Shown one piece after another: positions 25,601-38,334 of a DNA stretch of 64,000 bases. The notes under the pieces were generated by a model. It was not told the origin of the DNA. It was given only the letters and a program-made list of their open reading frames with translations, and ran no database searches. This DNA comes from Lama glama (lineage: Eukaryota), in the NCBI GenBank assembly GCA_028534125.1, contig CM052818.1, forward strand, positions 6,140,001 through 6,204,000, given 5' to 3'. The position numbers and the translations under genes are program-made. The stretch's first letter is position 1, and each line of letters opens with the position of its first letter.

Positions 25601-26979
25601 AGTGCTCTTCAGGTTGTGGGAGGGAACAGCAGGTAATGAGGGTGGAAGGAAACTTAGGCCCGATGCTCCATGGGATGGTACAGGTTGAAAAAAGGAAAAG
25701 CAACAGGAATTAAGGGTTGGATCAGAAACCAGTGCACATCATGATCTGAAGCTCCTCCCTGGAGCATGAGCCCTCAGCCTCGAACGTCCGTTGCTTGGCA
25801 CAGGGCCTTCCACCTAGAGGCAGAGCCATCCACCTCAGTAAGTGTGCGAACCAAACAATGAACCCTGCTTTGCCTTTGGAACAGAATGCAGACCTCCAAG
25901 ACCAAGGGACACTGCTTCCTAAATATTTTCACAGCCTTTAATTTCTCATTATGACTCTCTGAGCAGTTTAATTAATAATTGCTATGGGAAGAGGAGAGCA
26001 AAGTGATAATTCATAGCTATTGGCTGGAGCTATTGCTGAATTGAGTCCAATCACAAAATGAACAAAGCATATCCAAAAAGAAGCATAAATTCCGGGAGCA
26101 CCGAAAGGCTGTGGGTACCAAGGACCCTGGAGGAGTTTCTTAATTCGAGCAGCTATTGGGTGAGATGTGCTCCAAATAGGACAAATGAAGAAATGATAAA
26201 TGTGAATATTCACCAGGGAATGACTCCCTCACCATGGTCTGCACTTTCTAGAAGGGCAAACTCTGCCACTGGGTTCCTTTTCCTCTCAGCCAACAGCACA
26301 GAATAAAATAAAAACCAAAGACAAGGGGAAGGTTACGCCATCTTATCAAGAGGGACAAATGCCCAAGATGCCCCCCAGTACTTCTGAGGTCAACAAATCC
26401 CCACGCCTGAAGGGTCTTTGATTCCTCCTTCAAAAGGCAGCATGACCATGTTTTCAGAAAGATGACAACTACAGGACTGTTTCTACACAAAGGACCTCAG
26501 CATCATTGGTTGTCTGAATAGCTGGGTGGCTGACCATTCCACTGATCACTGGGGTTAACCCGGGTATTTGCCCCCATCATTTCCATCAGGGATTCTCTTG
26601 CTGTTGACTTTTCTAATCAGTGCTTGGAATGATTCTGTGCCTTTTTTTTTAAAGTAGCTCCTTTAAGAAAATCCCTCTTTTCCTACCCCCTAGGAAATGC
26701 TGTTATCCAGAGAGATACAAGACGTAAAGGCGACATTCTGTGGCTGAGCCAAGGAACTGCAATGGTTTAAACCACATGTCCTGGGCTTCCACCGACCCTT
26801 CCCTGTCAGAGCTTCATGAACTTGTAGGCTGGAGGGTCGAAGTTAATCTATCAAACTATTTCTTTACATTTTACAGACTGAGCTTCAACTAGTATTCAAG
26901 TGAGAGCATATCTGCTTTCTTTGCAGATTAAGATCTCAGAGTCAACACCAGTTGCTTTCAATTTCTCCTTCATCAGAGG

Positions 26980-27110
26980 CAGTTTATGTAGCAGAGAGGG
27001 AGGGTTGGAATCAGAAAACTAGGTTCAAGTCCCAGATCTGCTATCCCCACTTGTTTTCTTACATGATCAGGGTCTCTCTTTTCTCATTTGTAAATTATGG
27101 GTGGTCATGC
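26980..27110 (+). mobile_element. MIR fragment
   Basis: ttggaatcagaaaactaggttcaagtcccagatctgcta...ttttctcatttgtaaattatggg. Confidence 0.65.
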
Positions 27111-28670
27111 TTGTCATCCCCAGACCAGACAGGAAGCAGGGAGGGGAGTGGACACCATACACAGTGAAAATGCTGTACCAAGACAGAACATTTTCCATGA
27201 CTCAATAGAAAAGCACCTTCTTTCAGGCAGAGAACTCAGTCTATCTGCAGTATCCACACCTGCCAGGTAGACTCCAGAGCTTTGCCTTCCTCTTGTGCCT
27301 TTGACGGGTTTCTCCAATCTTCCTGCCTCTGTTACAGACCTGAGGGACATCACTCCTCTACAGGAAGCATCTTTGCAAATTCAATGTCTAGTTCATCTCC
27401 CAGGGAATGACTTTTTAGGGTCAGTATATTAACATGTCAGTGGGTGTCACAGAACAGAGCACTAGAAACTAGATCCCTCCCCAAGTTTATATTTCAAGCT
27501 ACAAGCCAACGTTTACATCGTCTGATTCTTTTCTTTGTGGAGGCCAGGAACTACCAAAGACCTACTTTGCTAAGTGTCTTCCAGAGCATAGAGGCTTGCT
27601 TAGTTCTCCTGCTAGTTTTATTTTAACAGGCAGAAGTTTCTTTTTCCAGATGGGAGCACAGGGTTTCTTTTTTGCTCCTATAAAGCAAAACCAAAACCAC
27701 TAATAGATTGAAACTCTAAATAGATTAACTCCCAGCACTACCTGGCTCAAATTCATCTCTGTATTACTATAGCTGTCCTCTCTCCTTTTCTATTTTTTCA
27801 CGTTTATTGGATTTCTGCCTTCCCATCTGTAAGAGAAGAGACAGGAAAGAGCAAAATTAGGTAGAGACTTCATATCAAAACCTGTGACTTACTTTTGCCT
27901 TTTTCCTTTCTTTTGTCAGAAGAAGAGGACAAAGGTCTACTTGGGGGAGTGGAGAGAGAGAAACGCATCAGTTATTACCTGCAGTGAAGTAAAAGCAAAG
28001 TGAGAATCAGTATTTTTCCAAACTAGAGATAGATGAAGATCTGGAGCCTGGGTTGGGGAGAGATGATAGACTGGGGAAAATTGGTAAGAACTGTACTGAC
28101 TTTGTCCTTATCTGTTTTCATGAATAGTTTTTTTTTTTTTTTTGATTTTTCAGTTATATCGAGAAATTTTCTCCCTTTCTTCTGGAAGATACCAAACAAG
28201 CATTGCACTCAAGGGTAAGGAACCGCCCCACAGCCCAGGGATTCTGAGGGTGCCCTCACAGAAGCAGCCTTGCAGCTCTGCGCGTGAGTGAAGGCTTTCA
28301 GAATCGCCTCCCCCAGCACTGGCATGTGTTTTTCCAAATGAGTAGAGTTGGCATTGGCTTAGAGGAGAATCAGACGCAAGTGGCCAGTTAGAATCCATTT
28401 TACAGGAAGTGGATTTTGGAGAGGAGGCTGGCTGAAGACAGGCCTGCCAAGTCCTGTCTCTGAGCTGTGCATCCCCTACAAGCACAAACCCCCCAGGGAG
28501 GCTGCATCCTTATCTCTGGTGAAAACCAAAAGCCTAATATTTATGCACACTCTGCCAGACAGTCCTCAGAGCAGCAGTCATGTCTTAAAGGGTTAAAAGC
28601 ACAGTGCTCTGCCCGAGGGAACCACAGAACTTATCACTTATTGCAGAGTTCAAAAGCACTTGGACAGGTC

Positions 28671-28812
28671 ATTTAGGCTTTGCGGGTCATGTGGTCTCTG
28701 TCACACCTTGTGCTGTTGCAGGACAAAAGCAGTTACAGATGACACGTAAACAAATGAGCATGGCTGTGTTCCAATGAGACTTTATTTACAAAAACAGGCA
28801 GAGGGCTGAACG
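28671..28812 (+). mobile_element. MER58A (hAT-Charlie) partial
   Basis: atttaggctttgcgggtcatgtggtctctgtcac...acgtaaacaaatgagcatggctgtgttccaatgagactttatttacaaaaacaggc closely follows the recalled MER58A consensus. Confidence 0.85.
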
Positions 28813-30463
28813 TACCATTGTTTAAGTGGGGTCTGCTCTGTGGTGGGGGGAATAAAAAGACCAATTAGAAAGAGGAAAGTCAGAGACAGCCAACGACGAC
28901 ACATGTTCATGAAATGCAACCACATATGAGCCACATTCTTATTTAAAAAATACCTGTGGCCCTAAGTTTTGCAATTTGACTATAAAACATAGATAACCAC
29001 AATTAATCTAAAGTCAGTTTCAAATAATGGAATAACGCCCTTTACTTTCAAAGCAAGTTCATTACTATCATCTTATTTGAGTTTCATGGCAAGTATCTGG
29101 AGTAGAAAGGGCCCACCTGTTTATGTCAAAGGGGAATTCTACATAGAGAAGGAAAATGATTTGCAGATCCGTCCTGTGCCCTTGAGTCCTACACTGGTGG
29201 ACTCTATTCTTCACTTGCAAAATACAGAAAACTGGTTCATTTCATCTTTTAGATCACACTGTATCTCCATGCCAACTTCTTACCATTTTATATAACCCTT
29301 TGAAATATGCACTAAGTGCTGACCTTGCAATTTGCCACCTAAGCACCTGCTTCCCTTCCCGTTCTGTACCTGGATGTGAGTCTGAACTGGTTCTGCCAGC
29401 TCTGAAACACTACAGTTGGGTCACCATGAAACTAATGTGCTATCACTCATAAAAAGAAACCAGTTGAGTCACCTCCTGGACCTTTTCACTCTTCAGGTCC
29501 CAAGCCCGCAGATTAGGTGAACTCTCTCCTATTTGGGGGGAAAGGAAAGGCAAGGGGTTAACTTCTGTGTCTCAGTGCAACACCTCAGTGGAGAAATACA
29601 AAAGCGAAGGAGAAATCCCAAGTAGGTAATAAGAATAAGGCGAAGCCAGGTTTCAGGGTCCAAGCCACACCTCAGAGACAGGCCGAGCTGAACCCATCCG
29701 TGACTCCTTCCTAAAAATACACGAATTGCTGGGAGGGGCTTCCCCTCCCAAAGGCAGCCCTTTCCTGGGCCTCCTGCTCTCAAGACCGCCTTCCTAGTGT
29801 GGTGCCTTCTCAGTGCCTCCCATTCTTTTGTTTTCAAGTTAGTCCATTCACAGCCAAATAAAGCCAGCTTTTTGCATATTAAAATTTAATTTGTTTAAGA
29901 ACAAACAGTTGGAGGCCTGCTTCTCAGGGGCCGAGTGACAGATCACAGGAGAGGCACTTCTGCCTTGGGGGCTGCCAATTTGGCAGGTCCCCGACTCTAA
30001 GGAGAGACCAGCCCATCCTGTGAGCCGCTGACTGTCAGGGCTCCAGAAGGCATTACCCTGAGCTCCAAGGTAGAGCTGTTTACCAATACTGTGATCTCTC
30101 CCCAGATGCAGTTGCCACCGCAGCTAATTAAGAGAACAATTAAGACTAAGGCAATCAGTCAAGTACACAGACCTCAGCCATCTTCCCAGCGCTCTGATGC
30201 CGCACCACTCCCAGAGGGCTGAACCGTATTCAGTCATTCAGAAAATGACAGGAAGAAGCTATTAAATATCTGAAAACCATAAAAACGCAATCATACTGTT
30301 CTTTAGCTGAGCCATCCACCAGAGACCAATGCCCAGCAACTTTAGAAACTTAGCAGTCCTCTCAAATCCACACACTCACAAATAAGATTAACCAAAAGCA
30401 GCTCAAATCAAAATTTAATTATAAGGTGGGAATGGGAGAGGCTGTGCTGGCCATTATCTTGCC

Positions 30464-30486
30464 TTTTTTTTTTTTTTTTTTTTTTT
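30464..30486. repeat. Poly(T) homopolymer
   Basis: Run of ~23 T. Confidence 0.9.
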
Positions 30487-31017
30487 GCTTTATGACTGAT
30501 CAATACCCCTCGTATCAGCCAAATGCATGACAAAGTCCACGGGGTGTCTTTAGAAAGGAAGTAACAGATTAAATATTGAGCTAAACAATTTAATCTTCTC
30601 CTGGAAGAATTTTCAGATATTTGTAAAGGTAAATCCTATTAGAGGGGAACAGTCTCCATGTGCTAGATTTATAGAGCCTCACTGGGAGAAGTTCATAAAC
30701 ACAGATATAGAAGCCACTAAAACAAAACTTCTCTTAATAGCATAACAAATACAAACTAGGGGGGAAATGCTCTTAAAAAGAAAAAATATATATATATACA
30801 TATAAATATTAGTAAACTTCTTGCAGAGCAGTCTAAGATTTCTCCCTCTGAGTAGATACTCATTCTCTATGAACCCTTGGTGACCTGGACCTAAGAAATG
30901 AGGCTGACCTTCTTAGAAAAAAAGCACCATAAGCAATGTTATCAAAACATTTTTTTACTAAACACCTACTATATGCCTTGTGAGGAATAACGAAGAAATA
31001 AGAAGAAAGAGATATGT

Positions 31018-31250
31018 GAGCATGGTCCTCTGAAGTTCACATTCCTGGGTTCAAATTCCAACTCCCCACCTACTAGTTCTATAACTTCAGGCAAGTGATT
31101 AAACTGTTCTGTTTCCTCATCTGTGAAGTAGGGGGCTAATGCTCTTCCTGTCTCAGAAGGTTGGTCGAGGTTTAAATGAGATAATACATGAAAAGTTCTT
31201 AGGACAGGTCCCAACACACAGCCAAGTACTCAGTAAAGCTATGATGGTGA
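31018..31250 (+). mobile_element. MIR, near full length
   Basis: cctgggttcaaattccaactcc...ggcaagtgattaaactgttctgtttcctcatctgtgaagtagggg...gaggtttaaatgagataatacatgaaaagttcttaggacagg. Confidence 0.85.
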
Positions 31251-31299
31251 TTTTTCGCAACTACAATAAGTTGAACAATCATTGGGATTTCTGTATGGG

Positions 31300-31450
31300 A
31301 TCTGACTGAACATTCATTACAACTTTATACGGTGAGTAAGTAGTATTAATATTACATTCATTTTAGAGATGAAGAATCAGATCTTTTGAGGCAAGGAAGG
31401 CCTCCCATGGCAGTGACCAGAAGTACCAAGGGACCTAGCTCGGCATTCAC
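31300..31450 (-). mobile_element. MIR fragment
   Basis: ggtgagtaagtagtattaatattacattcattttagagatgaagaatcaga. Confidence 0.55.
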
Positions 31451-31814
31451 AAAAGGCTTCAATTTCAGACTTTTGTGTTTTTATCTCCAAACAAGGGGAT
31501 ATCATCACAGACAGAATCCAAGACCACTGAAAGTGAACAATTTAACCTTTTCCTCTGGTTAAAGTCCAGGAGAACACATCTTTTAGTATACTATGAATTG
31601 ACATTTGTTTACTAAAATTTAAAATTATCTTGTGACTAGCAGAATCTTAATACACTGTTTTACATATTAAAACGTATATTTGTTCCACATAAATATTTTA
31701 AATGTATCATGATTTTCTAATCAATTTTGGCCTTTCATCTTTTTTATAAAACAAAAACTTCAACAAAAGAAAAAGAAAACGGGGTCAGTGTCCTGGGTTT
31801 CTGGTTCACCTGAT

Positions 31815-32130
31815 TTCACATTACTAAATGGATGTCAGTGAAGGCAGAGTTGGGAAGAGATGCACACAGACAACACTACATATGCTTCCACCATATAGAC
31901 ACAACAGCCCCAAATATCCTCAAGAGCAAAGACACAGTAAAATACAGTAAATTAATTAGAAAGGAATGAGCTTGGGGCACTTATCACCTTTGTTTTTTAA
32001 CATATCTATAAGTTTCTATAATTTAATTTGTTGCTAATGTCTGTGTTTAATAACCAGCTTCCAAATTTTCTGAAAATCTAACAAGGGGCTCCCATGAGCC
32101 AGTAAGAAGCCAGATCTGGCATAACACCAG
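31815..32130 (-). mobile_element. MER63 (hAT-Blackjack DNA transposon)
   Basis: cctcaagagcaaagacacagtaaaatacagtaaattaattagaaaggaatgag...tgtgtttaataaccagcttccaaattttctgaaaatctaacaaggggctcccatgagccagta matches the reverse complement of the recalled MER63 end. Confidence 0.75.
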
Positions 32131-34529
32131 CTCCACAAAGGCATCAGGTGCACAAATGTGAATCTTTTAGCAAGTGTATATATGACACTTATATGCATGT
32201 ATGACACTTATAGCAAGTCACTTTTGAAGAGCTATATGTGTTTGAAAAACATATGTCCAGGTGGATTTACATATATATTATATGCATATGCCTCACACTA
32301 ATCCAGGTGAGTTCTTCATGGACATGGCTCTCCCATCTCCCCAACAATATGTTAGTCCATGTGGGCAAATGCTGGTACTGTCTGCTACAAACCTTTGCTG
32401 GGATTGTCTGGGAATGAAAACAACTCACATCCATACACAGCTGATGGAATGAGCAGAGCTGCACGTTGTTAGCTCTTGGCAGACCCAACCCAATGTCACA
32501 GATGAGCTGGCGACCTCTTGGTGGCCACTGCTGGGCTACTCTGTATGTGGTGTTACCAGCCAGAACACTCTCCTAACCTTACAAAATGCTCAGAAATTGA
32601 ATAACCAACATCCACTCATATCAGAGGTGTTTTTTCCCTCTTTTTTTGCATTACTGTGTCCTCACAGGCACACATATACATACATACATTCACTTTAAAG
32701 AAAGCAAGCTCATGTCTTAACTTAAGATTCTTCTGAAATGTATAATATTTGTAAAATGATATGCTATATTCATTTCCTGATATACAGAATGATAGCCAAA
32801 AAATACATTCTTTTAAGAACTAAATTCTGCATCTGGCTATATTTCTACAATGATATTTTAGTACACCCATGTTACCATTAAAATTTTTTAAATTACCACC
32901 TGAAATATCCTTACAGCCAAACTACTAATATTGAAAAAGAATTTGCCCATTTTTTGTTGCTTCTCCTTTTATTGGAGATGAGAAACCAACTGATCCAAAA
33001 TCAATGGCTCAGATCTCCTCTGGGGCAAAGAGAAGCAAATTCAAAGCCTTTCATTAATACTCGAAATTTGAGAAATGTCCACAATGGGCAAATATTGTAA
33101 GAATTCAGGGTGGAAAACAGAAAGCAACGATTTTCAGGCTCTGCATTTTCCCATAGTAATTCAAAATTATTTCACAATAAATTTTTCCAGGTCATTAGCT
33201 CAAAATGTCTGATACCTATGACTATTTTGCAAATGAAAAAGAAATTAAGTGGGAAATAGACACTGAATTTAGAAAGATAGTTATGCCTTTATACAGCAGA
33301 TTTTTCATCTCTACCTACATTGTAAATAGATTTTTTTAATCAGAAGAACCACTGGTCTCTTTTTGTGAGGTGTAATCTTCCTAGACAGGATTTTCATACA
33401 AAAAAAAAAAATCAATCTCTTGACTCAAATAGGATCAACTCACCACCAAAGTTCTTTGTTAAGAATTTTCTCTACCTGCCATTCAAAGAAATGTTGACTA
33501 AAAAGGGAGGAAGAAAAGAAAGTCCTCTGCAACAAAGGAAAACATTTCGTAATAGACAACAATGCACCTTCCTCTCCAGGGTGGCAAGGACTTGTTCACT
33601 TTTATTTCTAAATGGGTTGTTTGGAAACTAGACAAAGAAATGTCAAGCCAACCTCAAGTGGCGAGCTTCCACAGAGATCAAAATGTCCCAACAATTCTTG
33701 AATAGCAGAGAGAATGAAAGAAATCTCCCTAAACATTTTCATTTATCCCCTTTCTGCCAAAAATACTCACACAGGAGCTCTCTGAGCAGCATTCCTCTGA
33801 AAATTGGGTTCTTAGTCTTCATATCTCATACAATTTAGAGGTGGAAAATGTTAAGTCTAGACTATATTTAGGCAAACGACTCATTATTTCTTTACTAAGC
33901 AATTACAAACTGAGTTCATCCAGTTTTTCATTCAGGTTTTGAAAATACCTAGTTATTTAACTGAGTGCAATTTTTCATGCTTCTTTCAACATTTAGAAAC
34001 CCAAAGGATTAAGAAGAATTATCTGAATAATTTTTGCAAAACAACAATTTACTTCGAGGATTGTTGTACTTAGATATTGCTGGGAAAAGTTATATTGATA
34101 TGTAGCTTGTTTGATCTCAAAGATAAACCCAAGGAAGTTTCTAGTGAAAAAGAAAGCAATTTCTAAGACGTATATCTATCATTACAAACATCTGGTTTCA
34201 GAGCTTAATGAGATTTGAGCAAAAACTCGGTACCCACACAGCCAATGTGCATTTTCTACTAGTAGTTAGGCTAATTCATTCTGCATATTTTCTAAAAGTA
34301 ACAATGAAGAGCGGTGAAGGGTATGTGCCCAGTCATGGGCATACTATGTGAATCTCCTTTCCCACCTCTCATCTCAAAACTCTCCCAGGTTTCAGGCTTC
34401 CATTATGGTTTTAAGTGTGTTTAGGTAGGAAAAAATAATCAAAGAGAAGCTAGGAGAATTCAGAATTAGCATAGGGATTCAAGGATGGATCAATTACCAG
34501 TCTGGTTTATGTCCCACACATGAGTCACA

Positions 34530-34960
34530 ATCACAATCAACCACAAAATATGCTTATCAAAGTCACTGTCTTCCCCAAGAATTCACTTTCTCTTCCAACT
34601 TTCCTATTTGGGCCAGTGTAATCATCTCTCTTCCACTTTCACAAACTAGAACCTTGAAGTCATCCCTGAAACTCCCGTCTCCTCTGCATTTTGACCTGTT
34701 CCCAAGTCTTATCATCACCTACCAAATTACTCCTCAGGTTCAGCCCTTTCTCACCATTTTCATGGCCACCTGCTGGTCATAACTGAGCAACTAAGATAAC
34801 CTCCCAACTGGTGTCCAACTTTACTCCAGCCTCTGCCACACTAATGCAGAGGCTACCTTGCTGTTTGATCAAATCCTAAAACCCTGTTGTCTTCAAGTCT
34901 GTCTGTAGAATCAATAAAGGACCCTGATCTAAATTCCCTTCTCCTACTCTAATGTTACTC
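34530..34960 (+). mobile_element. L2 fragment
   Basis: Pyrimidine-rich L2 body: ctagaaccttgaagtcatccctgaaactccc...ataacctcccaactggtgtcc...ctgccacact. Confidence 0.55.
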
Positions 34961-34973
34961 CAGTCTTCCCATC

Positions 34974-35432
34974 TGTGGGAGACACGACTAGATGTACCCT
35001 GAAATCCACTGTCATCTTCTTCCTTTAAAAATATAACCCTAAATTACAGCTGGGAACATTACCACCTGAATAAAGGCTAATTTTTGTACATTCCTTTGCA
35101 ACCACCTATGCCCCTGCAATCAAGCTCTGGCCAATATGATGTGAACAGAAGTATTACGTGCAACCTCTAGGTCATACCCTCAAAATGACATAGTGTGCAT
35201 TGACATTCCTCTTTTGTTCTTGACTGGGATGCAGATGTGATGGCAGGATCAGGAGCAGCCACTTTAGAGAAAGAAATAGAAGCCATATATGGGGGAAAGC
35301 AGAGACACTCTATCAGCCCTACCAGTTCTCTGCTTTAAGATGGTTAAGTAAAAAGAAATAAATTTACATCATCTAATCCACTGTTAAGTTGTGCCTTTGT
35401 GAAAGTACTCTAACCCATGCCCTAACTTATAC
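34974..35432 (+). mobile_element. MaLR LTR (MLT1J-like)
   Basis: Starts TGTGG, contains ctctggccaatatgatgtgaacagaagtattacgtgcaacctctagg and gatgtgatggcaggatcaggagcagccactttaga, has AATAAA near 35358, and ends ...cctaacttatac. Confidence 0.75.
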
Positions 35433-36635
35433 CCCAATATATATATTATATCCTCAACTGTTTGATAAGATGAAACAATACATATTTTCTCAATTTATTT
35501 TTAGGCATATAAAGCCATGGATTTTTCATTCAAAATCACAATCACTTTTGGCACATAGCCCAACACATGCCAGCAATATGGAAATAGCTTCATCATTCCA
35601 ATCTATTTTTTAAAATCTCCAGTTGAAATGAAAATATTTCTTTCTATATATTAGTTAAACTTTTCTGGTAGCAATTGTCAGGAACTTAACTTGAAGAAAC
35701 TTAAAAAAAAAAAGAAAATATTACAAAAAAATACACAACACACAAACACAGTGGTATATAATGGCTCTCAAGAAACTTCTGCCTCTCCATTTCTCAAGTT
35801 CTTTTCTCTGTATGTCTGTTTTATTCTCCTTTCTCACTATAAACCAGCTTCCTATGCTCTTCTGTTTGAAGGTGGGATACAGCTGCCTACTATTCCCAAG
35901 TTTTACATATTATAATCCAGGCATCCAAAGAGAGAAACCCTTATTGCCCCTTATGAGTTTTATTGTGTGTTAACCTAGGCAGACCCTATATAAAATAAAG
36001 AAGAGCTATATAAGATAAAATTGGCTAACCATTGTTTATATGTTTGCTTACAAAAAAAAAAACTGCTGACCCTCTGGTACATGGGGAAAGTTGCTAATAA
36101 GTGCATTCTATCTTAATGGTTAAGGGGCATGCACCTGGACCTGCAGTAAAGCTGAAATGTTCATCAAAGAGTTCTATGAGCACAAATTTGTTCAGAGTGC
36201 AAGTTATAGTGAGATTCACTCCCTTCTTCCACTGGCTCCAAGAACCACAAACTCAGTGTAGAAATGTAAGGAAGCAGTCAGCCAGGAGACATCAATAAAA
36301 GGCATAAAAATATACTCAGCATCCTAACATCCTATTTGCTAACACATATTGCATGTTCCATTCTCACAACCTCAAGGGACAAGGCATTTCTTTATCACTG
36401 GAAGCCACAGAGAAACTAGTGTGGACCAGAATGGTCCATTTCATTCAGATTCTTATCTGAAGTGGTTTTACAGAAATGGCCAGTTGCAACAAGCTAGTTA
36501 TTTATAGGTTGGTTAGGTGTTTTTTTTTTTTTTGAAGTTCCTCCAGGAAAACCTAGATACAACTCAAAGTCTTCTTTTTCTGGCCCTAAGTTTATTCTTT
36601 AGGTTTTACTTGATTTTTCTTAAGCCATAAATATT

Positions 36636-36723
36636 GCGGGGAGGGTATAGCTCAATGGTAGAGTGCATGCTTAGTACTGACAATGTCCTAGGTTCAATTC
36701 CCAGTACCTCCATTTAAAAAAAA
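36636..36723 (+). mobile_element. tRNA-derived SINE (Vic-1-like, camelid)
   Basis: ggggagggtatagctcaatggtagagtgcatgcttag...cctaggttcaattcccagtacctccatttaaaaaaaa contains Pol III A and B boxes followed by an A tail. Confidence 0.85.
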
Positions 36724-36724
36724 T

Positions 36725-36748
36725 ACACACACACACACACACACACAA
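36725..36748. repeat. (CA)n microsatellite at the SINE tail
   Basis: acacacacacacacacacacacaca. Confidence 0.9.
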
Positions 36749-36749
36749 A

Positions 36750-38305
36750 ACACGTTAGAAACTAAGAGATCAGCAATTTAAAACAATCACATAAATACAG
36801 ACCACTATATATAAACCTCATGGTAACCACAAACCAAAAAAACTGTAACAGATATACATATAAGAAAGAGAAAGGAATCCAAATATTATACTAGAAAGAA
36901 TCAAAATCACAAGGGAAGAGAACAAAAGAATAAGGAAGGAACAAAAAAAAACTACAATAACAGCCCTAGAACAATTAACAAAGTGGCAATAAAAACATAC
37001 ATATAATTACTTTAAATATAAATGGAATAAATGCTAACAACAAATGACATAGAATGGCTGAATTGGTATAAAACCAAGTCCCACCTATGTGCTGCCTACA
37101 TAAGACTCACTTCAGATCTAAAGACACAAACAGATGGAAAGTGAGGCAATGGAAGACAGTATCCCATTTAAATGAAAATAAAAAGGCATCTGGGATACCA
37201 ATACTTGTATCAGACAAAATAGGCTTTAAAACAAAGACTGTAACAAGAGACAAAGAAGGACATTACATAATGATCTAGCCGAGAAGAAAATTTAACAATT
37301 GTAAATATATATGGACCCAACATGGGACCACCTAAATATATAAAGCAAATACTAACAGACATAAAGGGAAAAATTGACTGTAACAAAATAATAGTTGGGG
37401 ACTTTAACATCCCACTTACATCAACGAATGGACAGATCATCCAGACAAAAATATCAATAAGGAAATACTTGCCTTAAACGACACATTAGACCAGATGAAA
37501 TTAATACATAGAGACAATATTTCATACAGAAGAAACAGAATACACCTTCTTTCAAGTGTGCATGGAACATTCTCCAGGAGAGGTGACACAGTAGTAGGCC
37601 ACAAAACAAGCCTCAATAAATTTAAGAATATTGAAATCATATCAAGCATCTTTTTTACCACAATGCTGTGACACTAGAAACCAACTATAAGAAAAAAAAA
37701 ACTACCCAAAACACAAACAATTGCTTCTTTCTTGGGTATAATTAAAAAAGATACATACACCCCAATGTTCACAGCAACATTATTTACAACAGCCAAGATA
37801 CAGAAGCAGCCTAAGTGCCCATCAACAGACAAACGGATAAAGAAGATGTGGCATATATACATACCATGGAATATGGCTCAGCCATAAAAAAAAATGAAAT
37901 TTTGCCATTTGCAACAACATGGATTGACTGGGAGGATATTACGCTATGAGTTACAAGTGAGATAGAGAAAGACAAATCCTGTAGGTTATCACTTATATGT
38001 AGAATCCGAAAAATAAAACATACTAGTGAATATTAAAAAAGAAGCAGACTCACAGATACAGAGAACAAACTAGTGGTTACCAATTGGGAGAGAGAAGGGG
38101 GAGGGGCAAGATAGAGGCAGTGAATTAAGAGGTACCAATTATTAAGTATAAGTAAGGTTCGAGGATATATTGTACAGCACAGGAAATACAGCCAATATTT
38201 TATAATAACTATAAATGGAGTACAACCTTTAAAAATTGTGAACTATGTGGTACAGTGGAAACTTATACAATATTGTAAATCAACTATACCTCAATTTTAA
38301 AAAAT
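36750..38305 (+). mobile_element. L1 with internal deletion: inter-ORF region and ORF2 endonuclease domain joined to the ORF2 C-terminus and 3' UTR
   Basis: ORF 37087-37278 CCLHKTHFRSKDTNRWKVRQWK...ILVSDKIGFKTKTVTRDKEGHYIMI is L1 EN-like, and IIVGDFNIPLT follows at ~37388. At ~37718 the sequence jumps to ...ccccaatgttcacagcaacattatttacaacagccaagata (C-terminus), then the 3' UTR ends caactatacctcaattttaaaaaa. Confidence 0.9.
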
Positions 38306-38334
38306 TTGAACTCTATTTATTATGAAAAATAAAA

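Noticed and set aside
32171..32211. Short direct repeat tatgacacttata x2
   Set aside because: Only two copies. It looks like a local slippage duplication, not an array.
32505..32528. CTCF-like site (minus strand tggccaccaagaggtcgcc)
   Set aside because: It mismatches core positions of CCACCAGRKGGCGC and needs a gap to fit.
36636..36712. tRNA gene (also 13887-13965)
   Set aside because: A and B boxes are present, but the anticodon arm pairs poorly, an A-rich tail follows directly and a diverged second copy exists. These are tRNA-derived SINEs.
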